From the human T2T-CHM13v2.0 reference genome, Homo sapiens: a stretch of 64,000 nt of DNA. The notes under the pieces were generated by a model. The model ran no database searches. It saw only the letters and a list, made by a program, of their open reading frames with translations, and had not been told where the DNA came from. Of the stretch, positions 27,235 through 41,817 are shown in pieces (position 1 is the first letter of the stretch; each line of letters opens with the position of its first letter). The stretch lies in the NCBI RefSeq assembly GCF_009914755.1, contig NC_060928.1, one strand, 5' to 3'. A program made the position numbers and the translations under genes.

Positions 27235-28143
27235 GTCTGTTTTGCTCATATGTTTACAATATTGGTTTATAATTTTTTTCTTTTACTGTCCTCTAGTTTT
27301 TGAATCAGAGTTATGTTAGCCTAACCAAATAAGTGAACTATTTCCCTTCTCTTTCTAGTTCTGAGAATAATTGGTGTAAAACTGGAATTATTTCTTCCTT
27401 GAATGTGTGGCAGAATATATTTGAAAAGACATTTGGGCCTGCTGTTTCCTTTATGGAAATATTTTAAAATATTGATGAAATATCTTTAAAGTTTATAGTA
27501 TTATTCAGGTTTTCTATTTATTTTTCACTTTTTTTATTAAATCCTATTTTTCTAGGCATCTGTTCATATTATATTAACTTTCAAATCAATTGACTTAAAC
27601 TGATTTTTAAAAAAATCTCTGCTGCATTTGCGATTATATCTTCAATTTACTCACCAAATTTTGTTTGGCTGTTTAACAACTTTAATATTTTTTCTCTAAA
27701 AAAACAACTTTTGACTTATTTGATGTTGTAATTTATTTTATTTCATGTATTTTATATTTGCTATTTCATTAATTTCCCCCGGGACCTGTTTTACATGTAT
27801 GTGCTATAAATATCACTTAGGTGATTCTTACAGTTGATGTAAAATATCTGAGAATCTTAAATCCTTACTCAAAATATTCACATTTCATTGTGTTCTCTGA
27901 TATGTTTGGACTTATTTCTATCATCTTATTTTATGCTTTCTGTTTTTCTTGCCTGCTTTATTTTTTCTCGCAAAGATTATTTTGCATTAATATTGCCCTC
28001 CTATCATTACATTTTTTCCTTCTATTTGTTTGAAAGTTATACAGTATCTTAAATATTTTTATGGGTTATGCTAGAAATTATAATGTTTCATAGATAACTC
28101 TGTGAACCTAAATTTAATAAATGTATTTGCCCTTTTTTTCTAG

Positions 28144-28527
<384 letters not shown>

Positions 28528-28847
28528 TAAATTCACCATATCTTCTTGCATTACAAACCTATGTCCTGGGATCATATTCCTTCTTCATAAAGTATATTTC
28601 TTATAAATTATATTAAATCACTTTTGGTGGTAAACACTCAGGTTTATATTGTTTTTCTTATTGTTTACAAATATCTTTTGTTGTATATATGATTTTAGGT
28701 TGACAGTTATTTTTTTCCCAATACTTTAAAGAAATGTTTGCATTGTTTCCTAGTTTTCATGCAGTTAAGAAATCAGCTGTCATTCAAATTTTGATTTGTT
28801 GTAGGTAATCTGTCTTTTCCTTCTGGCTGCTTATAAAACCATTTACT

Positions 28848-28995
28848 GGCTGGGTGCGGTGGCTCAAGCCTGTAATCCTAGCACTTTGGGAGTCCGAGCC
28901 ATGAGAATCACTTGAGTTCAGGAGTTCGAGACCAGCCTGGGAAACATAGTAATACCTCATCTCTATAAAAATAGAAATTTAAATTAAATTAAAAA
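28848..28995 (+). mobile_element. Free left Alu monomer (FLAM-like)
   Basis: Left arm only, then A-rich tail; TSD approximately ATAAAACC(AT/C)TTA. Confidence 0.85.
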
Positions 28996-29752
28996 ATAAA
29001 ACCCTTAGCTTGTTATTTGTGTTTTGGAATCCATGCTATGTTATGTCTAGGTGAAGATTGTTAAAAATATATATATCTTGCTAGGAATTTTCTGTCCTCT
29101 AAATTTAAACACTTATTCTTTAATCAGTTATGGAAAATTACTAATATCTTCTCAAATGTTACCATTTTTCAATTTTCTGCATTATCACTTTCCAGATCCC
29201 CAGGCAGAGGTTTGTTACATCATTTTATATACTTTTCCTGCATCACTTAATCTCTCTTCCATGATTACTATTGTTGCTGTTTTAAATTCTGGGTTATTTT
29301 CGAAATTGAATTTCATGTTTCCTTATTATTTTTCAGATATGTTTAATCAGATATTTAAGATTTTATTGAAGTAATACACATATTCAAGGAAAATACCAAT
29401 TATTCATTTCAATAAATTATCCCATCCAGTGGCGTTTTTTTAAATAGACCTTATTTTTTAGAGCAGTTTTAGGTTCACAACAAACTTGAGCACAAGGTAC
29501 AGAGATTTCCCATATACTCTCTATGCCTACATATGCACAGCTTCCCCCATTGTCAATATCCCCCACCAGAGTAGTACCTTTGTTATGTTAGATGAAACTA
29601 CATTGAAACATAATTATCATTGAAGGTTCATAGTTCCTTTGGCATTCATTCTTGGTGTGCATTCTATGGATTTTTACAGACATGTCATGATATATATCCA
29701 CCATTATAGTATCATAACAAAAGAGTTTCTCTGCCCTAAAAATTCTCTGTGC

Positions 29753-29885
29753 CTCTGGTGGGAATATTGATAATGGGGAAGACTAGGCATGCTTAGGGGT
29801 AGGGAGTATATGGAAAATCTCTGTACCTTCCTCTTACTTTTGCTGTGAACCTAAAATTATTCTAAAATAAAGTCTATTAAAAAAA
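29753..29885 (+). mobile_element. Short L1MC1-like 3'-end insertion in opposite orientation to its host L1
   Basis: CTCTGGTGGGAATATTGATAATGGGG...GCTGTGAACCTAAAA...AATAAAGTCTATTAAAAAAAAA; TSD AAAAT(T)CTCTGTGCC at 29739-29753 and 29884-29897. Confidence 0.85.
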
Positions 29886-30302
29886 AATCTCTGTGCCCTG
29901 CCTATTGATCCCTGGAAGCCACTGATCTTTTTACTGCCTCCATAGTTTCACCTTTTCCAGAATGTCATATAGTAATAAGAAATATAATCTAACAGTATGC
30001 AGCCTTTCAGATTGGCTTGTTTCACTTAGTAATATGCATTTAATGTTCTATGTCTTTTCATGGCTTGATAGCTCATGTCTTTTGCATGCTGAACAATATT
30101 CCATTGTCTTGCCGTCCAAAGTTTATTTATCCATTCTCCTACTGAAAGACATCTTGGTTGCTTCCAAGTTTTGGCAAGAATGAATAAAGCTTCTATAAAC
30201 ACTTGTGTGCTGGGTTTCGTATGGTCAAGGTTTTCAATTTGTTCAGGTAAATGCCAAGGAGTACAATTGCTGAATTGTATGGCAAGAATGTTTTGTTTTG
30301 TC

Positions 30303-30606
<304 letters not shown>

Positions 30607-33059
30607 TTAAAAAAGAAAACCTGGGTATTTCCCTTCCTCCAGGTTTGTTAGGCTCTAATAAAACCCCAGTAGTTTAAGCTTGGTAAATAGTTTGTCGCTA
30701 AGTCAGGCCTTGTTATGAAGGATAGAATTTTCTGGTGTATTTCAAAGTTGTTTCCATTTCTTTCCTCCTGATAGATGCATGAGAGGACTTTTCTTCACTA
30801 GTCACTACGACAGCCTAGTTGAGTTCCTGGAGGTAAAACTCACAAAAGTGTGGGGATATCCAATGACTTTTATCTCTCAGTCTTGTCCACATTGAACCTC
30901 TAGCAATTGATTACAGTTCATGCATCCCTACACTGGCATTGGCTCCAAAGGGTATTTCTGCTGGAGGGTTGATATGATGGCTCGTGGTGGGGTGGAGGAG
31001 TGTGTTCTGCTTCTGCAAATTATGGTTCTCTGTATTCACTTGTCTGCCCTTCCAATTGGGGTAGTGTCTTGCCCTGTGATATATGACTTCTCTCATGGAC
31101 CTAAGAAGAGTTTATTTTTCAGTTTCTTCAGCTTTTTACTTGTTGTTCAGAGGAGTGACAACTTCCAAGCTTCTGCATGGTGGACGGGAGCCTGGAAGCC
31201 TGGAGTTCTCTCCATCTAGTGAATTTTAAGTTTCACATATATTTTTTATTTCTATAATTTCTATTTGTTCCTTTTCAAACTTTTCGTGCTCATTTCTTAT
31301 TACATTTTTATTGCCTTATTATTTTGTTAGACATGATAAGCATGCTAATTTTGCTTTCAAAATTTAACGTTTTGGAAAATCTGAAATATTTATGGATCTA
31401 CCTCTATTTACTTAATCTAGTATCCTTGCTCATGTACTCTTGTCATCTTACATCTTAAAGAAAACATCTCATTGCAAACCTATGGTTACTGGAACTTGCT
31501 TTGTGAGGATTTTCGAGACTTTGATAGAGTGTATATTCCTGCAGAGATGATTTGCTTCTAACCTCTGCCAGCAACGCAGATTCCTTTCACATTTGGGCCA
31601 CCTTAATTTCTTTCCTTGGTGTTTTTTGGGGTCATGTAGATACTGTAATTTCAGACCTACAATTACTATATAACGATTGACTGATATTCATAAAGTTTCA
31701 GAGAGTTCCTCAACTACTCCATCTTTCCACCTCACATACCCAGAGCTGAAATTACCGTAGACAAGATTCTCTGCTGAATTCTCTCCTGAGGCAGTTTTAT
31801 TCTAGTTTATCTTTTCACAGAGGATGTAGCACATTAGGGCTTCTAGACTTATGGCTGAGTGCCCAATAGAACACTCCAAATATCTTTTCTTTTGTCTCTC
31901 ATGTGGCTTTTGAAATTACAATTCTGTGTTGCTGGAGATTGGCAGATGCCATATGGCAGCTGCTGCTGGGTTTAAAGCCCGCTTTCCTCTCAGATTCATA
32001 ATGCTACTTCATTTTTGGCCTTTGAGAATTAATTTTCTTCATTTTCTGCTAGATATATAGTTTTGATATAGACTAAAATATCGTTTTAAAAATACTTTGT
32101 ACACCAATTTTAGGTCTATTATACTGACAATGTTTTTCAGATATATAGTGGCATATTTAACTTGAAAGGAACACTTGAAAATTTAATTTTGAGCTTGAGT
32201 ATTTAATTTTTATGTAGTAAAGAATAAATCATTCTATAAAGCAGGTATTTAAACAGAGTAACTCCCTATTTACCAATAGTTTTAGATGTATTTTGGATTT
32301 CCTTCTCCTTAACTCTCTATGTGCTTAAGTGATTGCTTTTTTCCAACACACACACAGACACACAAACACAAGCACATGTGAATGCATAATTTTTTTCTCA
32401 CTGATTAAAAGTACTTCTATTACTAGAACTGAATAGACTTGACTTTTTGACCTGCATCGGTATTGAAGAGTTGGCTTTCATATCCTAAAATCCCTAGTGC
32501 AAAATTTAGATACTTATTGAAAAAGTTATGTATTAAGTACATATTTGATGTGTTTAACTTTGGAACTAAGAATAATTTGTTGTACACAGTAAAAAACAAT
32601 ATATTTGGAATATTATTGTGCCTCCAACATTTATATAAATTAAGTGGATAGTTTAAAATATAGAAATGTAATATTTCATTTTTTTTGGCCTTGATTAGTT
32701 TGTTGGTTGTAGAATTTGGTGTATGTGAGAGGAAATCTGTGGATATTTATTATAGAAGCAATAATACAAGATAGCAGCATTTAAGAGGGATAGGGATGTT
32801 TTAACCCTGATTAATGTAGAAGTAATCAGGATAATTTTTATGGAAATACAATTGAAAAACAGCAGAAACCTTCCTTAAAGTCCATTAAGTATTCTTTAAT
32901 ATATGTGATAAAGAACTATCAAAGAACATTTTAAAATATATTATATTTTTAGAAATTATTTTCAAGGCAGGCAAGTTTAGTGACATCTCCTTATGAAAAA
33001 TCTGTATTTTGTACATATTTTTAGAAAAAACACTATATTGACTACTCAGTATTTGATAG

Positions 33060-33452
33060 TGTGATAGGCATTCGCCAATGTCAATTTCTCTTCTATTTCC
33101 TGGCATTGGAAGACTTTGCTTCCTCGCCCTCTCAAATTTATACAGGGCAGGATGACTTGCCTTGGCCAGTAGAATGTGCGCAGGAATGAGTTATGTCACT
33201 TCCAGGCAGAAATGTTTAGTTGCTTGTGCTCTCTCTCCCCTATCAAATGATGCTCATAGGAATGTAGGATGATACCCAACTACCATGAGATGGGTACAAC
33301 CCAGAATTCTGAACCAACACAGCACAGCCACCCTGAGAGTTACCCAGATCTGCACCTTTGCCTGGGAAATAATTATACTTTTGTCGTGTAACAGCACAAT
33401 TATTTGAAGTTGTTTGTAACTGCAGCATAACCTAGACCACCCTGGCCAATAC
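33060..33452 (+). mobile_element. MaLR solo LTR (MLT1J-like)
   Basis: GACTTGCCTTGGCCAGTAGAATGTG, TGTCACTTCCAGGCAGAA, TTGTTTGTAACTGCAGCATAACCTAG...CCAATACT end. Confidence 0.75.
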
Positions 33453-36400
33453 TAAGTAGTAAAACATGAAGTACTTTAGACAAATACAAAAAGAAAAATT
33501 GAGAAATGTAGACAAATTGAGAACAAATGAGGTAAAGTATTTCATACTGAGGCATTACACAAGTCTTAAAATGCACCAAATTTCAGATAAAATTAGTTTA
33601 TTTTTTAGAGTGCTTATTAAAGCAAGTTGAAATCTAGTTCATTCCATTTGCTTTTTGCTATATTGTGATATTTTATTCTCAGATGAGTTCTAAGCATATG
33701 GATTAAGTATTTTTATGCTAGTATTCTTTGTTAGGCACAATAATTATTTATTGAATTTAATTATTCTGATCTGTCACTATATATCATATTCTTTCCAGCC
33801 TGGAGTTAACATTGGAACAAACCTCAAATGAAATTTTGGAGGGCGTGTGTGGGAAACAATGTGATTTTGTAATTATGTACAGGTGGAGGGGACATTTATT
33901 TTCAATTTGTTTTATTTGTTTTATGTTTTGCTTGCTTGCCTGCTTGGCATTTAATTCTCTTGTTCATGTTGGGAACTTCTTCACCCTCAGTGTCTTGCTG
34001 GGAGAGATTTATTTGCAGGGATAGTACAGTGCCGGCTGGAACTTCCAGTGACAAACAGTGGGACAACATGGTTCCTGTTGCTGGAAGTCAGCTATTGTTT
34101 CCTACTATTTTGGCCTCCCCTCCATCTGCCACCTATTCTTCAAGCCTGCTTCTCTAGCCATGCAAATGGCTTTTGAAGCCTATTCTGTCAATAAATTCCA
34201 CTTCTTAGTCAATTTCAGTTTTTTAACTAAGCACACTTACTAATAAAAGATAGCACTCAGAATTTCTTTCAGTTTCTATGTTGACAAAATATTGAGATTT
34301 TTTTCACTTTCGTGCAGAACAAATAATGCTTTGGCTTTTACAGTTATGTGTCTCATTTCACATGTGTTATGTTTCCCTTATTTAACCACTTATTTTGTCG
34401 TACATTACTATGCTCTGTTGGGACACAAGAATGGCATATAATATCATATATATTATATAATAATACATAATATGTAATTATAATGTGGGTAAGGGAGGCA
34501 CGTGTGGCAATTTGGAGAAAAATTCTATATGTGCGTGTTAATATGTGTGTTTGGGGGGTCATTACATGTAGCACCTTCAGTATTAACATGATATGGTAAA
34601 TTTTTTATTAAATGGATCTCCGTTTAAAGTGAGAAAATGATCTTTAACCTCATATAAATCTCTAAGGACATAGCTACCCTTAGGAGAAACCTTAAGACCT
34701 AATTGGGAGCAGATTTGATTCAGTTATCAGTCTATTTGTAAAAGCTGATACAAATCAGTGAAGAAAATATTAATAGTCCCTAGAAAGATAACGTTGAAAG
34801 AGTAGAACTATTGGTGCTTCATATTAATTGGAGTTCTGATTCCATGCTGTGAGGAGAGAAAAAAGTAGGAAATGTAAAATTGTAGTAAAATCTAGTTCTT
34901 CAGTTTAATTCAACAAATATGTATTGGTTGCCTACTAAGTATAAGCTACTGTTGTGAGTGCTATGGTAATCCAAAAGAGGAGTGATCCCTGCCCTTGAGC
35001 AGTGTATTATTCAATTGAATAAGTGCTTGAGCCATATGTTTGCCAAGTACTAGTTAGTGGCAATACCAATATATATGAGAAAAAATCTCATCTCTCAAAG
35101 AGCATACAGACTTCAAGATGAAATAAATACATAAGCCAAAATCTATAATATAAAGTGATGATATTATCCTAGACATGTCATAGTTATGGGGACATCTTTA
35201 ACTGCTAGATATAATTACTATACAATAACAATAGGATCAATAAAATAATCTCTTTTCAGCTGCCAAAGGAAACATTGGATATACATGCCGCTTCTTTTCC
35301 CAGGCACACACTTACTTCCTAGCTCATTCTTTCCTTCATTCATACATGTGTTCATTTAAGACTATGTGTTAAAGGTCCACTAAATATCTTTTTGTTGGGA
35401 GTAAAATGATGAACAAGATAGACAAGCTGGAGTTTACAGACATTTTCAGGTTCTTAACTGTGCTTTTTTTTTACTTAAAGTGTATTTATATGATACACCT
35501 TCTACTTGTACTGTCTCTGTGCACCACTGCTATTTTTACACCTAGACATACAATGCTTTTTGTACATCATTTCTATCCTTGTAACTGGTAAACTCCATTT
35601 CATCCATCAAATCTTAGCACTAAGAGAAACCATTTCTAATGGTTCATTGTGCCCTGCAAATTTCATTCATAGCACTTTAGACATTCAATTGTATACATGT
35701 GGATTATTTTTTATTCCCTTCCACGTTCCCCTTTTGCTCATCATATCCTCTCTCCCTAGCAAAACAATAGCTTTCATGTAAGTATACAAACAATATTTGT
35801 TCAGAAAACAAAGGCAATACACAGTCATAATACATGCTATGCTACAGGGTCCTGTGGATTCACATAGATGGTCACCTAACCCAGCCTTCAGGGATCAATG
35901 ATGTATCACATGAGAAGTAAGTAGTGAATCAGGCAGGTAAAGCCAGTGGAGTGGGGGAGGAGTGGAAATAAACGTGTCTTCCAGGTAAAGGAAACAACAT
36001 GCAGAAAGGCCAGGAAGTGAGATACTTGGAATTTTATGGGACTCCGCAGAACATACCACATTCAGTTACCCCCGGGGATGTACTTTGGGCACATACTCAG
36101 GGTCGGGGGTGGGATAGTGAGCTCACATGCCCATGATAGAGCCCACATTCATCTTAGCACAGCGTAGAAACAAATGTCCTACGTCAGTCCCAGCCAAGTT
36201 GCTGTGGCTTCTCCCTGCAATGATGGTTGCTTCTGCTTTCTCTGATCTTCTCACTCAATAAAATTGGGAAAAGACAAATATCTGCAGCTATGAAATTGGT
36301 AGCAAAGGTGCAAACCTGGCTAGTCCTCTGCCTCGTGAAAGAGCCTAAGATTCTTGCCACTTTTCTCCAGGATGACATGATGATTAAACTATTATAGATC

Positions 36401-38142
36401 CTCTCCTTCAGCACTGCACTTGCTCTCGCAGGCAGGCATCAATGCCCAGTTTAGGCAGCCCATACACATGAATGATGGTGTTTCTTGGTCTCTATCTCCT
36501 TTTCTTCTGTTGGAAATTCTGGGATTTATTTTCCATTTAATTCCTTTCATGTATCTATATATGTTGTATATCAAAATTTATAGTTCATATTTTAGTAGTG
36601 GCTTTTCATTTTCAATTTTATTTCTAAATTGAAGTATTGAACACATAGTAATTATAGTGTGATTTTTGTTTGGTCAGGCATCTTACATCTTCCTGTCAAC
36701 TTATTGACCATAATAAATATCCATGCTACAAGTCAGCAAGCCTGTAATTGACTCAGAGTTTTCAGTGATTTCCCAGTGAAGAATAAGCAGGAGGTTTTTT
36801 AGTACAAGTAGCCAAATTCTTTACCTATTGGCATACTTCACCTGGCGTTCTGAAGCTTACCAATGTCTTCTATATGCATGTTGAGTTTTCTCTTTTCTTC
36901 TACACAAAGGGAGGCAGGGTTGAGTGACTAAATGAGTAGTTAGAAGATCTGTTTTAAAATATTATGCATGCTGTAATCTTTGCCAGAGGGTGTGTGCCAG
37001 GATCCACAGTTCTCTTACCTGCAGAAGGAGATAAGGGAATAATCCCATGTGCATCACAAAAATTAAATGAAAAGTTCTAACACATAGTAGGTATGTAACT
37101 AACTTGTTGCCTTCTTTGTCTTATTATTAATATTTTGACTAATCCACATATAAAATTTACCAATATGGGCATTCATTTTGTCAAAATTAAAAAATAATTC
37201 ATCATAAAATATATTTCCAGAATTTCACACTGTGGTTATGGAGTTCCTCAGGCTCATAAGTAGAAGGTTCATTGTTTAAAAATAGACTCAGTCTCAATTT
37301 CTCTAGAATAAGGTTCTGGTACTTGGGATGTTATTTTTTTTTTACTCTCCCACTTTTTTTGGGCACTGTTTTCCATGATTCATTTCCATGGCTTTAAAGA
37401 CCAAATATTGATAGACAGAATCTTTATTTCTGTACCAGTTTTAACCTTATATTTCTTTAAGCCTGATACTGGTTGGTAAATACACATGGTAGTGAAAAAG
37501 TACATTCTCCTGAGAAAAAGAACCTCATTGTCTATGGTTATATTTTTCAGTTAATAACAAATAGAAAAGTGATTTGCATTTAGAAGACCTTTGTTTTAGA
37601 CCCATCGTCCTTCTTAACCATCTCTAAAGCCACAGACACATTCCTACCCTCTCTGAAATTCAGTTTCTTTCTCTGTATACTTAGCACTCATGCAATTGTT
37701 TTTAACAGAGTAGTGTATATCAGAACTTTTTGACTTAGAAATTACTACATAAATGTTAGTGTCTATTATTATGAAAGTAATAATTGGCCTATGTTGTTAA
37801 ATAAAATGAAAGTAGAAAAAGACTGAATTAGTCTTTTGTTTGGTTGGAATATTGTTCTGATCAGAATTGGAAAGCAAGCCCAGTGAATAACTTATTACCA
37901 ATTTTGCATTTTCTCAATTTTCTATTTTTACTTTGTTTTAATAGAACCAAGATATTGTATTTATCAGGGACAAGGTCAATTGTAAGAGCTCTGTAAGGCT
38001 AATTTATCACCAGCGCCTTCAATCTCTATTTCTTTTTGGCTTGTTTACCCTGGAATACCAGTATTTTTAGGTGTACTTTCAACCCTCAGGGTTTTCCACT
38101 CTGGCACTGTAGCTGAAATAATATCCTTATTTTCCTCCTTAG

Positions 38143-38276
38143 GTGAGCTAAAAATTAACCTTCCTATTTGGCAACTGAGAGCTGATTCAGTCAACTAGTC
38201 TGTTGAATGGACTTTGTCAAGGTGTTAAGACAGGCTCATCCTAGAAATAGAGGAAGAATAGTATTAGGTGCAGAAG
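38143..38276 (+). other. Candidate 134-nt non-coding exon
   Basis: Acceptor CCTTATTTTCCTCCTTAG| and donor AAG|GTAAGT; stop codons in all three frames. Confidence 0.4.
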
Positions 38277-39750
38277 GTAAGTCCTTTGTGAGGGTGGATG
38301 TGGTTAATATTGGTAAAGATTATTCAGATTCATGGAGAATGTGAGGAGATCTAGAATTTCTAAAGATAGAATTGTATTTGAATACAATTTGATCTTCTAA
38401 GTATTTGATGGTTAACATCTTACTTGTGAAGATGGAGAAAAAATATTTTACCAGTGGAAAGTGTGAGAGAATATTGTTGAAACCACAACATCATTGAGAA
38501 GATGCTTTACTAAGCCTGTCTCGGGGTGGAAGCTGAACTGCTAGGCTTTTAATGTGAGCTAAACTCTTTTGCTTGAGTCCAGGTGAATGCTTTGCTTGTT
38601 ATACTAGAAAAAAGAAGAGAAAACTTGTGAAATGTGGGAGTGCAGCTAGTAAGATAAGAAAATGGGGAACTTCTACATGATGCCTTTGGTCCTTCCCTTG
38701 CTTGCTGAATCGGGTTACTAAGTTCACAAAATGCTTGAAGTTTTGGGGGTTAAGACATAGATCTTGCACTTAGTCTAATATTGGTGATCTGAGGCATCAT
38801 GTCCCCACCCACCCGAAAACATGAGTTAGAACCATGAGGAAGTTAGTGGCTGAGAACTCACAAAAATCACAAGCCAAGCTCTTGACCTTTCCATGGAAGG
38901 AAGACCAACTAATTAGAAGGCAAGCTAAGTTTAACCAGGCCATAGGGAGCCAGTGGACCCCTGGATAGCATCTAAACAACAATAGTAAAAGTTATTTCTG
39001 CCTGCAGGTTGCAAGGTTCTATCTATTTTTTTGAAGACAAGAAACTGGAGACCTAAGTGTGTGACATGTTTTAATTCACAACACTGCACTTCTGGTCCAG
39101 AAATACAATGAAGGTAAACATAATTCATTCATGTACTTTTTCCAATAAGTGAGGAGAGTCCTGCAGATGAAGTGAGCTGATCCCATCCTGACTGGCTTAT
39201 CAGTTCTGGGACTTTCTCTAAAGGTAAAGTGATCCAGGGTGGTCCTCAACCCTCATTCCAACTTGAAACTAATGTTTTTGATAACCGGCTGTTGTTCTTA
39301 AAACACTTTATCTCACATCTTTATCCTTTGGGCACCCTTATTTGTCCATCACTGCCCCTCTCTCAGGCCCTTTGTCTTCTGCAGTTCTCCTTCCTGGTTC
39401 GACCCAACCTGCTTTCCTTTCTCCTCCAAGTCTTTCCCTTCCTAAGTCCCTCTTTTGCAGTGAACCGATGTTCCTGAATCCTAAAACTACCCTGAATACT
39501 TCTACTTTCTGCCTTAACCAACTCCTCTCCTCTGTTATACTTCTTGGTTTGCTGCAACCTGGCTTCTACCCCAGTCTACTGGAAGCATTCTTACAGGAAT
39601 GGTTGCATTTGCAATAGAAACTAACAATAATTCTATGAGTTAGTTACCATTATTCTCATCTTATCATGGAGATAATAATAGAACTGAATTCACAGGGTCT
39701 GTGTGAGCTTCCAATAGTATGCACTTAGTTTTCAAAGGACACTCTGTCAA

Positions 39751-40035
39751 TTGAAATAGTCTCGCTCTGTCACCCAGGCTGGAGTGTAGTGGTGTGATCA
39801 TAGCTTACTGCAACCTTGAACTCTAGGGCTCAAGTGATCCTCCCACCTCAGCCTCCAGAGGAGTTTGGACTACAGGCGTGCATCACCACGCCCAACTAAA
39901 TTTTTTTTATGTTTTTATAGAGATGGGGTATCACTGTGTTTCCTAGGTTGTTCTAGAACTCCTGGGCTCAACCAATCCTCCTGCCTCAACTGCTCAAAAT
40001 ACTGGGATTATAGCCATGAGCCATGGCACTCAGCC
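39751..40035 (-). mobile_element. AluJ-like lacking its tail
   Basis: GATCATAGCTTACTGCAACCTTGAACTC...GGGCTCAAGTGATCCTCCC. Confidence 0.88.
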
Positions 40036-41803
40036 TGTTGCTACTATTCTTATTACTATCATGTTGTTGTGTGTTTTAATTTTTTACTTTTTCCTTCTTT
40101 GGAAATGCTCTTTTTCCTTATTTCTGGAGCAAGTTTATTTTTGGATTTTCATTCTTCTTATCTGGACACTTCCTGTGTTTCCCTTATAGCTCTTCTTCCT
40201 TTACCATTCCTTGGAAATTTAATGTGTTTTGGAGCTCTTCCTGGGCCAAAGGCCGTAGAAGAAATATCTTCTTCTTTCACCATTTCTACTATTATCTACT
40301 TGTTAGTTATTCTCAACCCTTTACCTCCAGATGGTAACTTCACTGAGTTCCAGAATCATTCATGTAATCACTATTTCTCTATTTTTCCCATCTCAGTGAA
40401 TGGAAACATTTGCCAGTTGCCCAGGACAAAAACTGGATATCATTAATGACTCTCCATCATATTTAATCAATCAATAAGAAAAGAAAGAATAAAAAACGTT
40501 GAGATCAGATTGCAAAAGGCCTTTAATACAGGGAATAAAATTTAGAAGTAGAGGACTAGAGATATGTGTAGCTGAGTTTGAGTCCTGGTTTAGTCTCTCA
40601 CTGTTTAAGCTTAGACAACACAAACAAGAGAGAAAGAGAGAGGAACTTTCCTGAGCTGCAGTCAGTTTTCTGATTGACAGATTTGGGCAAATAGCATTGT
40701 TAGGAAGATTGAAGAAAATATACTGCAGGCACTTGAAACACAAAAGCTATTATTGTAACAATCTGTAGGTGATAGTTCCTGTTATCTGCAATTGTATTTC
40801 TATATTTATTGGAAAGTTAGAGACTATTGAACTAAAGTTGCATAGAAACAGATTATCCCTCTTCCCTGCGAGTATATAGAGACCTGCCTTGGGACTCTCT
40901 ATGTCTATAGTGTAATCAGGAATTTAGTATAATGAAGACACTCTTAACTGGAGTAAGTGGCCCTGTGACTCCTGAGACATTCTCAGAGGTACTTAAGGAT
41001 TTATGGAGATGCTTAACCTGCAATTTCTGCTTTAAGCCACATCTGGCCCAGCTGTGTTTCCAAACAGGGTGCTAGAGCCCTGTTAAACTCTAACTCGGAG
41101 CAACTCCTATTAACGGTAATTAAGCTCTTTACCACTTTAATAAACACAGAAAATATACTTTTAAAAGTCTTCACCAGCCTATTTATTTTGTTTTTAAGAA
41201 TGATAACTCAGTTCCTTATTTGCTTTCCTTTTAGAGAGAGCCTATAAATTATATTACAGTTGCATTTTTAAATCTTTTCTATAAAAAAATTACAAATCAT
41301 ATGAGCCAAGAAATTATAACAGTTTGAAGCTGGAAGAAAGTAAATCTTCAAACGTTTTTGGGAATAGTATGGCTTGGTCTAATATTGCCTCTAAAGTTTT
41401 GTAATGAATCACTTTTCCATTGTCCTGGAGGATGGAATTTTGCCTGACTTCTGTTCAAGAGTATTCTGGAGTTAGTAACCTAACTACTAACTCATTTTTT
41501 GTCTCTTTGAGATATTTCTCCTGACAGTCTATATTTTCTTTTCTGAATTTCATATCTGGCCCTATTCCCTTGAACCAAACAAAATGACTAATTTCTTCCC
41601 CATTTTAACTTTTTTTGTAACATATGACCTGTTATTCTACTCCCAGTTTGTTCTACCTTAACCAAACTGTCCACATTTAGGGGCTTGAATCTTCCTTTAT
41701 TTCCTTCATTGTTTTATTCTTGATTGTGTTACTGGTACTACTGATAACTACAGTGTAAAAAGCACGGAGTTTTCCAAGTTTGAAAATTAATTTGGTAGCT
41801 ATC

Positions 41804-41817
41804 GTTGCCAAGGAAAC
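41804..41817. promoter_or_regulatory. RFX X-box-like motif
   Basis: GTTGCCAAGGAAAC fits the GTTGCC-NN-GGAAAC/GCAAC X-box pattern; motif only. Confidence 0.3.

Noticed and set aside
36050-36500. CpG-containing stretch with a CRE half-site and short ORFs
   Set aside because: Too short and CpG-poor for an island; ORFs are closed by stops and have no recognisable homology.
39865-40446. Longest ORF in the window (193 aa, hydrophobic)
   Set aside because: Starts at a non-ATG codon inside an antisense Alu and runs through T-rich L2-like sequence; no recognisable domain.
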